A stretch of 46,183 nt of DNA, counting the filler, from Jimgerdemannia flammicorona (Eukaryota), in NCBI GenBank assembly GCA_003990765.1. It is 2 parts of 2 records of this genome, joined end to end, with 100 filler letters (N's around TTAATTAATTAA, not from the genome) between each part and the next. Parts side by side here need not be neighbours in the genome. Positions count along the whole stretch, not along the records: positions 23,147 to 46,183 come from RBNJ01001167.1; 1 more part is not named here. One strand, 5' to 3'. A program made the translations under genes and the position numbers. Shown in pieces: positions 23,158-35,309 of the stretch; the first letter of the stretch is position 1; every line of letters begins with the position of its first letter. The notes under the pieces are model-generated. The model saw nothing but the letters and a program-made list of their open reading frames with translations. It had not been told where the DNA came from and ran no database searches.

Positions 23158-24686
23158 TATAATAGTGACCCCAGAATGATGACATCAGCACAAGAAATAG
23201 TCTTTCCTTGCAAGCCACCAGATCAAAGCACAAGAAGATCATATGGTATATGAGATGAGTAATGATGACTAACTATGAGTCATTGTGACCACAGTACAAG
23301 CATCCTGAGAAATATAAAAGAAGGATCAAGAAACTATAGTAGCAGTAACCAATAAGACCCACTAATTCCAAAATAGCTCAAAGACTTGCCACAAATGAAA
23401 TACCTGCTGCTTGCCAAATCTCAAGATCAAGGAACCACTAAGATCTTAGTTGAAGAGAAGATGTTCCAAGACATCAGAAGAGCCATGAGGACCTACTCAA
23501 GAAGAACTCCTAGTGTTAACCTGGGTACTGGTAACTCTTATCACTATATTCTCTACCACTGTGAAATGGAAACAAGGATCACTATTGCTACTGAATGCCT
23601 CTAAATATGGCAGGAGTATGAAATAGGAAATCTCCTCTACTAGAAGTTCTCACAGGCCAGCCCTCAAGAGCTACAAGATACCACTTCCATGGATATATGC
23701 AAGGCAAGAATGGCTAAGAAGATTCATCAGATCTTCAGGCATACACTATGGTCAATCCCCAACTTGGAGTATGTTAGAGTCTCAGATTTCAGAGACCTGT
23801 CATTCCACTGTATCAATGTACTAAAAGCCAGGGTAGCTACAGAAGCTCAGTCCACTATTACTCTCAATAGTGATGAAGTAGAAGACTTCTGGTATCCCAT
23901 CCTTCAGGACAACTCAGACCAATTCCTACAAGGATTGATCTCAGTATTCTAAGGCCCAAGCATCTAGGTTAGACCTCCCCAAGACCCCACATTTGTTCTC
24001 TATTTTGTGGAAGAGAACCTCATGGACTAGAGAGCACTAGACCTCTTTCCCACCACTGAATATGATGATGTCATCGGTGATGACATCATCCCACATGATA
24101 TATGTGAGATGTGCAATGAAGTACATGAAACATGTGATGATGGTGAATTTGTAGACCTCATCTCCTTTAAAGACATTCTGACCTCTGATGATGAAGCCCC
24201 CATAGTCCTGAACATTCTGCTCTAAGTCTCTTAGTTATATTGAATAATGCTAGCACTGGCATTCTGATGTAATACTAAAAAATACCAGCACTGGTATTCT
24301 GATATTATACTGAATTATACCAGCATCCTGAACCTATACAACCATTAGTACCGACCCTGGAACTTAGCAGTTTTTCCTATCCTAGTATTTTATTTTAGTT
24401 ATTGAAATTTATATTTAACTTTATATTTTAGCAACTATTGAATTATATTTTATATAAATACCCCTCTTATTTCCTCTGAAATAAAGTCAGTCTTCTTAGT
24501 GCAATATACACACTTTCTTGCAAGCAATCTAAGAGATAACAAGATAGTTAAAGATAAGAAGTTTGAGGACTATAAGACCTTGAGAAGGTACTCCAATAAG
24601 AACTTGCTTATAATAAACTTGAGTTAGTCTAAGAGATATATCTTGAAGAGAATCTGATATATTTGAAGGACTCAGTGATCACTACA
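23158..24686 (+). repeat. 5' LTR (about 1.53 kb)
   Basis: Starts TATAATAGTG (mutated TGTA..), ends CACTACA, colinear with 30380-31968. Confidence 0.85.
23485..24225 (+). pseudogene. LTR-encoded ORF of unknown function (247 codons including stop, acidic C-terminus), copy 1
   Basis: Single frame MRTYSRRTPSVNLG...EDFWYPILQDNSDQFLQGLISVF...DDEAPIVLNILL*. Most internal stops correspond to CAA/CAG/TGG in the other LTR copy. Confidence 0.65.
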
Positions 24687-24708
24687 TGATAACTTGGTGC
24701 CCATCAAG

Positions 24709-27700
24709 ATGAATCCCTCACTTTCAAGCTGAAAAATGAACAACCCCCACAATAACTACCCTGACTACAAGAGTCACTCCTGCAAGAATTCAAGACAAGA
24801 TGGAAATGTGCCCCCCTACATTCTATGGATATATGTACTACTGAAGAGTCAATCCTGACCTTCATTGAAGACTTTGAACAATTCACTACTATATAAGCCC
24901 TTGGTGTGGATGCACAATTGGCCCTTCTATCAGTCAGCCTCAGAGGACCTGCCAGAGACAAGTTCAATGCAGCCACTATTGCTGATAATAGTGCAGCCAA
25001 ACTTGTCAACATAAAGGCCTTCCTCAGAACAACATACTATACTAAAGAAATCAAGCAAGCTCTCAAGGATCAACTCAATACTATCTGTCAGGGACTTAGT
25101 GAAGATCCCAACTCATTCTATACCCAAATCTGCTACTAGATTGTCCTGGCTGACTATAATGATACCCTTAAGGAACAAATAGCAGATTCAACCTTTCTCA
25201 AAGGAGTTTACCCTGAAATTGCCCTAGCAATCTGGTCTACCCCAGCTGTACTGACCCTTGATCAGAAAGTGGTCTTTGCACAGAGATATTGGACTGCTAG
25301 ACACTCTGCTGAACACTCAATGGAGAAAATAACTGGCATCAAGATAGAGCCATCAAAGCCAACTAATATCATACCTGCTATAGTTATAAACAGACAACCA
25401 ACCCCACCTATCCCCAAAGCAGCCAAAGCTGACCCAGTGGAGGAACTTGCCAAGCAGTTCGCCAAGATGACTATACACTTTGGTAATGTTGTTAGAGAAG
25501 TCTAAAGTGCCAACAGGAGACCAGTGCAGATATTTGCAGCTACTACAGAAGAATGCAATATTATATACTTCAGATATAGAGAAGAAGGCCACTATGCAAA
25601 GAATTGCATAACTGAAACAAGATGCAAAGCCCAACCAAGCAATGCTAGCAGAACCAGAGAACAAACCAATACAGTAGTCATTGAGGAGATTGATGATACT
25701 GATGATGAAGAATACTATGAAGAGCTTGAATTCTACCCTGCTACTGAAGGTACCAGAACCTGGTCCAAGCTCTATGACAAGAAGAGCAACAACAAGCCAG
25801 TTGGAAGACCAAAGTAGATCCCAGCTGTCACTATTCAAAGCAAGACTCAACCTGAAGAGATTGATCAAGACATGGAGTTAGATGAAGCTGCCTGCCAAAT
25901 CATTGAAGGCACTACTCCAGTCTCAGGAGAAAGTGAAAGCAAGAAGGAACAGAAGCTGCACAAGACCAAGATCCATTAGTATGATATGTATCTACAAAGA
26001 TCTCAAGGAACAGAAGGTCAATACTACTTTTGGACAGCTAGCCAAAGTTCCTGCCTTCAGACAGCAGTTGAGAGTAGGACTTGCAACTACTACCAAGAAT
26101 CAAGAGTATAAGATTGTAGAAGCTCACAATGCACAAGAAGAATCTGAAAACTCAGGTAAAGAATCTGAAGACCAATACAAGATATCAGCCTATACCCCAT
26201 GTCAGATCGAAGATTGTATCTTTGATGCTATTATTGATACCGGTGTGGGAGGATGCCTCATGAACAAGAAGGCAATTGACTACTTAGGTTGGGACATTGA
26301 AGAGTCTACCAAGATGGTCTATGTTATAGTAGATAGTATACAAGCTACCCCCCTTAGCTAAATCTGAGAAGTCTCTATCAAGATAGGAGGAGCTACTATC
26401 CTAGTAGATGTAATTGTTACAAGTGCCACCAACTATGATATCTTCATTGGCAACCAATGGCTTCACAAGGCCAAGGCCATCATTGATCTCAATGTCCAGA
26501 AGATGCAGATCAACTATAGAGGAAGAAAGGTACAAGTCTCTATCAATGTCCACAAAGGAGTCCTACCTGACATGGAGGAAGGAGATGAAGAGGACACAGA
26601 GGTCTTCATGTACTCAGTAAACAAGAACAAGAACAAGAACAAGACACCCAAGCTCACAGATTAGCAGTGGTATAACAAGATTATCAATGGCTATGCCTCT
26701 CAAGGAAGATACCCCCATGGTACTAGGATGTACTGCTCTGAACACCTGAATGACTGCTGGTTCTGTATTAGTGAAGTCAGGAAAATCCACCAACAGAAAC
26801 ATGAGCAAGAAGCTGCTGAAGTAAAAAGAAAAGCTGAAGAAGATGACCAGCCCTCAGAGCTTCAAGCTAACAGTGATGATGAGGAAGAACAAGAACCAGA
26901 TATCATCCTTAAGGTCAAGAAGTTCCACCCCAAAGCTAAGACCCCAGAATACAAGACTGAAGGAGCCATAGGAATAGATCTTGCCAGCATTCAAGATACT
27001 ACCCTTGAACCACAGACCACCACCCTACTTGGCACTGGAATTGGAGTCAAGCTGCCAGAGAACCATGCCAGAATTATCAAGACCAGGAGCAGTCTAGCCA
27101 AAAGTAAAATCTCAGTTGAAGGAGGAGTAATTGACCCTAATTATACTGGTGAGATCTTCCTATAGTCAGGAATCACAACCCCACTACCCCATTCGAAGTC
27201 AAGAAGCATAATAGGATTGGCCAGATGCTGATCCACGAAATCAAGAAACCCAAGATCACTGAAGCCATTGAACTCATCAAGACTAAGAGAGGAGAACAAG
27301 GCTTTGAATCTACTGGAAGAGGAGCCTATGCTGCTATCAAGATTACTGAACTTGAACACAAGAAAGACAAGGACCAGAACAAGCACACATATACTATTGG
27401 AGAAAACTTTCTCCTAGAAGAACAACTTCTCAAGATCCTGCACCAGAATGAAGGAGTACTTGCTATAGACTTTAGAGATATCTACAATCAAGAACCCAAG
27501 TACTACTATGAAGTTGACACTGGTGATATCAAGCCCATCTACCAGAAAGCCAGACTCATACCACCTGCTTACAGAGAATGGCTGTGAGCAGAACTCAAGG
27601 AAATGGAAGAAGTCAGAATCAACAACCAAGCTATCAGTCCCTGGGCTTCACCCATTATCCTCACTCCAAAGAAAGGAAGCAAGCCTGGAGAGTTTGCACC

Positions 27701-30017
27701 AAGACTCTGCATTGACTACAGGAAGCTCAATGCCATCATCAAGAAGGATAGGCAGCCCTTGCCAAATATTTAAAAAATTCTTACCACTCTTGGAAGTGAA
27801 GCCAAATACTACACCACCTTGAATCTGTTCTCAGACTTCTATCAGATTGGTCTCACTCAAGATATCAGTGAGAAATCAGCCTTCATCACACCTGATGCCA
27901 CCTATATCTACCTGCAAATGCCATTTGGAATCAGTAAGTTTCCAGCAAATGATGAACAGAGTCTTCAGTAACAAGATTGGAAAATAGCTCTTTGTCTATG
28001 TTGATAATGTAATCATCTTCAGTAACACTGTATGGGAATATGTCAATTATATATAGCTAGCCCTCAAGAAGCTCAAGGAGCATGGCCTTTACATTAAGCC
28101 CAAGAAATGCAAGTTTTCAGCTCAAGAAATCACCTATCTAGGATACCTCATCAACCAGACCAGAATCTATACAGATCCCATAAAGATTGAGGCTATTGTA
28201 GCCTACCCGAGACCCAGAATGACCACAGAAGTCTATGCCTTCATTGGACTGACTAGCTACTATAGAAGATTCATCAAAGCATACTCCAATATTGCAGCAT
28301 CTATCTACAAGCTACTGAAGAAGGAAACCAAATTCAAATGGACCAAGGAATACCAAGAAATCTTCAATAAACTCAAGACCAGGTTGACCTAAGTATCTAT
28401 CCTCAGAAGACCAGATTGGAACCTAGAATTCATCCTGCAAACAGATGTGAGTGCTATAGAACTTGGAGCAGTCCTAGCTCAGAAGAAAGATAGACATAAA
28501 TATATCATCTCCTATATAAGCTAAGGTATCTATGGAGCAGAACAGAACTATGAGTCATGCAAGCTCAAATGCTTAGCAGTAGTTTGGGCAGTAGACAAGT
28601 TCCACTACTACCTAGCCAGGAAATACTTCACTATTCAAACAGATCATTCTGCCCTTGCCTGGCTATTCCACACTCTGAACCCCAAAGGAATATATGCCAG
28701 ATAGATCTACAGGTTACAAGAGTATGACTGTACTGTCAAGTACTGCTCAGAAAGAACCAACACCAATGCTGATGCACTCTCTAGGACACTCCAAAACACC
28801 CCCATCAAGATTACTCAACATAAATAAGGAGTTATACTATAGATTAATTAGCTATCTTAGGTAGTGGAAGATGTCCAACCACCTTGAACCCTGAATAATC
28901 ACCATCATCAACTGGACTTGGAAACAGTTTAAACTAGACAACATGATACTCAGAAAAGAAAGAAAGCTAGTAATATCTGAACATAAAAAGTATCAAGTAA
29001 TAAAGGAAGTATACAAGCAAGGACACCTAGGAGGAATCAACATATATGACAAGGTAAGAAGAACTATGTGGTGGCCTAAGATAGAAGAAGACCTATACCA
29101 ATTTGTCAAAGGGTGTGACAAGTACCAAAAACAGAAACAAGATCAGCAAGACCAGGCACCCAGGTCATCAAGAATTGAGCCTATCCCCTTCCATCACATC
29201 ACAATGGATATTATTAGGCCACTACCAGTAACACTATCAGGAAACTGCTATATTATAGTTATTGTAAATCTCTTTACCAAATAGATAGAAGCAGAAGCAT
29301 TACAAGAAGCCAATGCTCTCTCTATAGCTGACTTCCTGCACTAAGAAATCATCTGCCACTACAAGATACTGAAGCAAATCACAACAGACCACAGTACAGA
29401 ATTTGTCAATAGATTCTATAAGATAATATATCAGAAATATATGATCCAGCACATCAAGACCACCACATACCATCCTCAAGAAAATGGACAGACAGAGAGA
29501 ACCAACAAGACCCTCAAGAACATCCTGGTGAAGATCTCAGAGACATATGAGAATTGGGATAATTATCTCCCAACTGTTCTCTCTGTCCTATAAATATATG
29601 GTCACAGAGCACATACTTTACTCCAAGGAAACTGCTCTTTAGAGAAGAAGATTCTGATGAAACCTCAGTTACAAATATAGACCTAACTTGGAGATAGGTT
29701 GATGCAGAAATCTGGAGACTACACTAAATCAAGAAGAAGACTAAAGATTACATCATCAAGTCACAAGCACTGATAAGGAAGAATACAGGAAAGAATTACA
29801 AAACTCTAGAACCCATCCAAATTGGAGAAAAGGTCCTACTATATCGAAATATAGTAGAAGCCTCATAGTTGTGAAAACTGGAGCCTAAATGGGAAGGACT
29901 CTTCTATGTACAAGATATCAAGGGAACTACCTTCTGGCTTAGAAAAATCTCAGACACTATACTGCCTACCATGGTGTACAGGAATAGACTCAAGGAGTAC
30001 CACAAACCTATATAAGA
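24709..30017 (+). pseudogene. gag-pol of the Ty3/Gypsy element (many stops and frameshifts)
   Basis: gag SLRGPARDKF..LNTICQGLSEDPNSFY; decayed knuckle YFRYREEGHYAKNC; protease AIIDTG (about 26227-26244); RT SPWASPII, RLCIDYRKLN, VYVDNVIIFS; RNase H ILQTDVSA..LGAVL; integrase GHLGG..MWWP, ITMDII, YHPQENGQTERTN, and GPY/F-like KLEPKWEG. Confidence 0.9.
26900..27320 (+). pseudogene. dUTPase domain embedded in pol between protease and RT
   Basis: VKKFHPKAKTPEYKTEGAIGIDL, GTGI, TRSSLAK, GGVIDPNYTGEI, RIGQM and RGEQGFESTG match the five trimeric dUTPase motifs. Confidence 0.9.
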
Positions 30018-30379
30018 GAAGCAAAATATGATGACTGCCTATGAGGTTCTAGTCTGCAAATTGTAACAGTATGTCTTGTGACTAGCAAGCTATCTGTCTG
30101 GACCATTCTTTAAGAAATACAGTACTAGTAACTACTCATCTGTGAGACTTTCAAAGCCAGAGGAGTTCAAACTGTCAACTGATTGATCAAGATCAGAATC
30201 AGAACCTTGCTCTATATAAAAGGAGTGATCCTTCACCATTACACCAAAATACATAAGAAAGATGCCAGTCCATAAACACCACTTTTTGACCTCTTGCTAG
30301 AGGTTATGGGATCAGCAAATTTTTCAGAACTGGACCAATGAATAAGAATGCTCAAGAAGATCCTTATTCAGGAGGAAGA

Positions 30380-31968
30380 TGTAATGATAACTCCAGAATG
30401 ATTATATCAGTACAGGAGACAGCCTTTTCTTACAAGCTATCAGATTGGAGCACAAGAAGATCATATGATATATAAGATGAGCAATGATAACCAACTGTGA
30501 GTCATTGTGACCACAGTTCAGATATCTTGAGGAATATAAAAGAAGGATCAAGAAACTACAGTAGTAGCAACCAATAAGACCCACTAATCTCAAAATAGCT
30601 CAAAGACTTACCACAAATGAAATGCCTGCTGCTTGCCAAACCTCAAGGTCAAGGAACTACTAAGGCATCTCAGTTGAAGAAAGGATGTTTCAAGACATCA
30701 GAAGAGCCATGAGGACCCACTCAAGAAGGACTCCTAGTGTCAACCTGGATACTAGTGACCTTTATCATTATATCCTCTATCACCATGAAATGGAAACAAG
30801 GATCACCATTGCTACTAAATGCCTCCAAATGCAGTAGGAGTATGAAATAGGAAACCTCCTCTACCAGGAGTTCCTACAGGCCAGCCCCCAAGAGTTATAA
30901 GATACCACTCTTATAGATATATATGAAGCAAGGACAGCTAAGAAGATCCATCAGATCTTCAGGCATGCACCATGGTTGATCTCCAACTTAGAGTATGTTA
31001 GAGTCTCAGATTTCAGAGACCTATCATCCTGCCATATTAATACACTAGAAACCAGGGTAGCTATAGAAGCCCAGTCCACTATTACTCTTAATAGTGATGA
31101 AGTAGAAGACTTCTGGTATCCCATCCTCCAGGATAACCCAGACCAATTCCTGCAAGGATTGATCTCAGTATTCCAAGGCCCAAGCATCTAGGTTAGACCT
31201 CCCCAAGACCCCACATTTGTCTCCTATTTTGTAGAAGAGAACCTTATAGACTGGAGAGCCCCAGATCTCCTTCCTGCTACTACCAAATATAATGACATCA
31301 TTGGCAATGATGTCATCTCACATGATATTGAAGTATATGAAATATATGATGATGATGAATTTGCAGATCTCATCTCCTTCAGTGATGATGAGGATGAAGC
31401 CCCTATGGTCTTAAATATTCTGCTCTGAAGTTCTTTAGTTATATGAAGTTATGCCAATATCAGTATTCTGATGTAATACTGAGTTATATCAGCACTGGCA
31501 TTCTGATATAATACTGAGTTATGCCAGCACTAGCATTCTGATGTAACACTGAATTATTCCAGCACTATTTTCCTATACCACTAGAATTATACCAGTATCC
31601 TGAACCTGTACAACCATCAGTGCTGATCCTGGAACTTAGCAGTTTTTCCTGTCCTAGTATTTCATTTTAGTTATTGGAATTTATATTTAGCTTTATATTT
31701 TAGCAACCATTGAATTATATTTTGTATAAATACTCCTCTTATTTCCTTTGAAATAAAGTCAGTTCATTTAGTCTACTCAGTACAATACACATACTTCCTT
31801 GCAAGCAATCTAAAAGATAACAAGACAGTTTAAAGATAAGAAGTTTGAGGACTATAAGACTTTGAGAAGGCACTCCAATAAGAACTTGCTTATAACAAAC
31901 TTGAGTTAATCTAAGAGATACACCTTGAAGAGAATCTGGTATATTTGAAAAACTCAGTAACCACTACA
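30380..31968 (+). repeat. 3' LTR (about 1.59 kb), containing ORF copy 2 at 30709-31428
   Basis: Starts TGTAATGAT directly after the PPT and ends CACTACA. Confidence 0.87.
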
Positions 31969-31974
31969 TGATAA

Positions 31975-34900
31975 TATTTAGAGGATATTGCTACTGAAGA
32001 TTGCTTGTATATTAGTTATAGAGTATCTGTTATTCAGATCATTAACCCAATTAGTATAATATGTATCAGATAACTATATAGTACTACTTCTGCTTTATTC
32101 CTTATCACTGCTGTCTCCTAAGTTGAGTATATAGTATACTATGTATATCTTTAATATATCTAAAAATATACTTAATTGTCATCTAATGAATATTATTATA
32201 GCAGGATGAGTACTGTGTTACTTTGTTAACTATATATAATATATTGGATCTTATTTCAAGTATAAGATATATAAGAGATCTTATAGCTTATTAATAGAGA
32301 ATGTCATTATCTTTAGTCATAGTATCAGACTTCTTTAGCCTTATAAATATCTCTATATGTATTCTGACTGACTTGAATTTACTTATACCAAATTGTTTAA
32401 ATATAGTCTAAATATATATAACTTACAATTGATATTTAGTATATTTATATCTGTCATATATGATTGATATTCCAAAAAGATTGGATATATTATCTATATC
32501 TATCATTTTGAATTTCTGGTAGAGTATTATCTTTACATTATTGATCTAGCTCATTATTATAATCAGAATGATATTATCCATCCAAATATCTAAGTATACT
32601 ATTCCTAAAGATATATATCAAATATATGTACATAAATCATTTTTACAATACTTAAATCTATTATCTAAGAGGTATTTATTGATTTTATAGTTTTACAGCC
32701 TTACTGCTTATTTGATACTATAGAGATCTTTATATAATTTATATATGAGCTCCTTTTGCTCATTGTTATATAGTTTGAATCCTTATAGTTAACAGATATA
32801 TAGTTCTATATTTATATTACCATTCAAGAAGACTGTCTTAATATTTATTTGGTAGATTTCATAGTTATATTTAGCTCTAATCACAAGAAATATTCTAAGC
32901 AAAGTAAGCTTGAATACTGGGAAAAAGGTCTCATTATAGTCTATACTATATTCTTGTAAATACCTCTTTACTATAAATTGAGTTTTATACTATTCTATCA
33001 TTCTATCAGCTTTATACTTAATCTTATAGACCTATTTTAATCTAATAACTTACCTATCTGGTACTATTCTCAATAAGTAAATTATATTCCTTATCTATAG
33101 TCTTTTTTCACTCTTTTTTATCATTTGAGTATATGGCTTTATTATAGTTTGCTAGCTTATCAGTCATTGTTATATAGATATATTTACAGATATAGTTCAT
33201 ATAATGTTTATAATTATAATGAAATATCTTAAGCAGGTCCTAATAACCTTCTAAATCTGCTCAAATTTTATTTTATACTCTAGATTTGTATCTTTTCTTA
33301 CCCTTTAGAGAGATATCCTCCTCCTTTTCATTATTCTCATTTATAATTTCCATAATTCTTAGCTCTGATAACCTTATTAGTATATATATAGATTATGCTA
33401 GTACTGGTATAGATACTGGAGATATTGAGATAGGAATTTCTATATAAATTTTCTACTTAATCTTTTTGAATTGAATGTTATAAGAAATAACTATACAGTA
33501 TTTCTATGGATTCTACAATCTGTATGCTACTCTATTATATCTAAGAAATATATACTTATCTATCTTAGGCTTGAATTTGACTGTATTGCTACCTTTATTC
33601 AAAACATAAGTCTTACTTTTAAATATCTATAGATATAAGATATCTGGCTTATCTCTACTGTATAATTCCTCAGAAGTAAGGCCACTATTATTTCTGAATT
33701 TGCCATTTCTAAATTACTGATTATTACTATTCTTAGATTACTGATTATTGCTATTTCTAGATTACTGATTATTGTTAAATTTACTGAATCTACTAGAATT
33801 CTTACTTAGAGCTCAAAAAATATAATAACTTCAGATATATACTACTATATTCACTGCTTTAGCCCAGAAGGAGTATGATAAGCTAGCTGTATTTATCATC
33901 ACTTAAGTCATCTCTACTATCATTCAGTTAAAGTATTCTGCTATACCATTTTACTAAGGTATATATATAGAGAGCTATTATAGAGTATTAGATATTATAT
34001 TTTTTTAAGAAGTATCTAAAGGCTTTGTTGATATATTTCTTACTATTATTTAAGTATAGGATCATATCTTATATCTTATTTTATTCTCTATAATTATCTT
34101 GAATTTTTTGAATTTTTTGAATATCTTATTTTTTACTATAAAAAAGTATAAATAGACTTTACAAGTATAATTATTAATAAAGATGATAAAATACTTCTTT
34201 CTAAAGTATATTTTCATTTATATGAGACCATAAATATATATATAGATTAGATTGAGTATACTGACCACTCACTTTATCTATTTCTGAAAAGGTCACTAAG
34301 AAGTCTTATTTACTATATATCTATTATAAAAGCTAAAATCTGATGATACATATATATTCAGTAATCTGTATATAGATTTTTACTCTTTATTATCTATTTC
34401 AGACCCATATTACTGATGTATTCCAAGTATTTCTACCATATATACTAGAGATTCTCTTAAGGTTATAATTGCAGAATATATAGATAATATACTACTCAAT
34501 ATACTATTAATTATATATTAATTCCTCTTTTTTGATATATATATTAGCTTCTTATTATTCTTTGAATTAATCACTATTATACTATTTGAATATATATTTA
34601 CATACTCCTTAATCTCCTTGAGCCATCATCTGGTCCATCAAAAAGAGGTTCTTACCTATATTTGATATATATATATAGTATATTCATAAAGATATCTGAA
34701 GATTCATAAATTTTTCTATATAAATATATATCAATATTCCCTTTGTCTTGAGTGTAGATGATATTATTATTACCTAGTTTGATAGATATAGGGTATTGAA
34801 ACTTCTTATATATATATAGAGAACTACTCATAGTATACTATTATATATTGTATTATATCAGAATTTATGAGCCAGATATCTTCACTGTATATTGATACTA

Positions 34901-35300
34901 CTAGATATATAGCTTACATTGGTGCTGATACTTATATTACTATTTTTTATTATCTGAAAAATATTTTACTAATTAGGATTTATAGATGTCAAATTAATAG
35001 TACTGCTTCTGTAACTGGTATTGATAATTACAGCATTTTTTATCATTATAAAAGTATTTCCTGATTTGCTCCTATACATATCTCTCTTTATATATAGATA
35101 GATTGCCACTTCTACAAAGAATAGACCTCTACTACTACTACTTTTATTACTAGTATCTATCATATTTGTCTATTATTGCTCTTATTATTATTGACCACTC
35201 TTTTTCTTCTTCTTATAGTTACAGTCTTGCTCATGATATCTATACTTATTACAATAGAAGTGTTTACCATTAAATTTGACTTATTGACTATCACACTGCT
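31975..35300 (-). mobile_element. Heavily mutated Ty1/Copia relic (integrase and RT recognisable)
   Basis: Minus strand EIYQINIKTVFLN (from EIHQMDVKTAFLNG, about 32822-32860), IWMDNII..KFKMIDI (about 32490-32590), and LYIP**NGIAE (about 33940-33972). The IN-before-RT order is copia-type. Ends are approximate. Confidence 0.8.
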
Positions 35301-35309
35301 GACTTTGCT

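Larger units (their letters stand above)
23158..31968 (+). mobile_element. Full-length but decayed Ty3/Gypsy LTR retrotransposon with dUTPase and extra 3' ORFs
   Basis: Long direct repeats 23158-24686 and 30380-31968, PPT AGGAGGAAGA at 30370-30379, and domain order gag-PR-dUTPase-RT-RH-IN. Confidence 0.92.
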
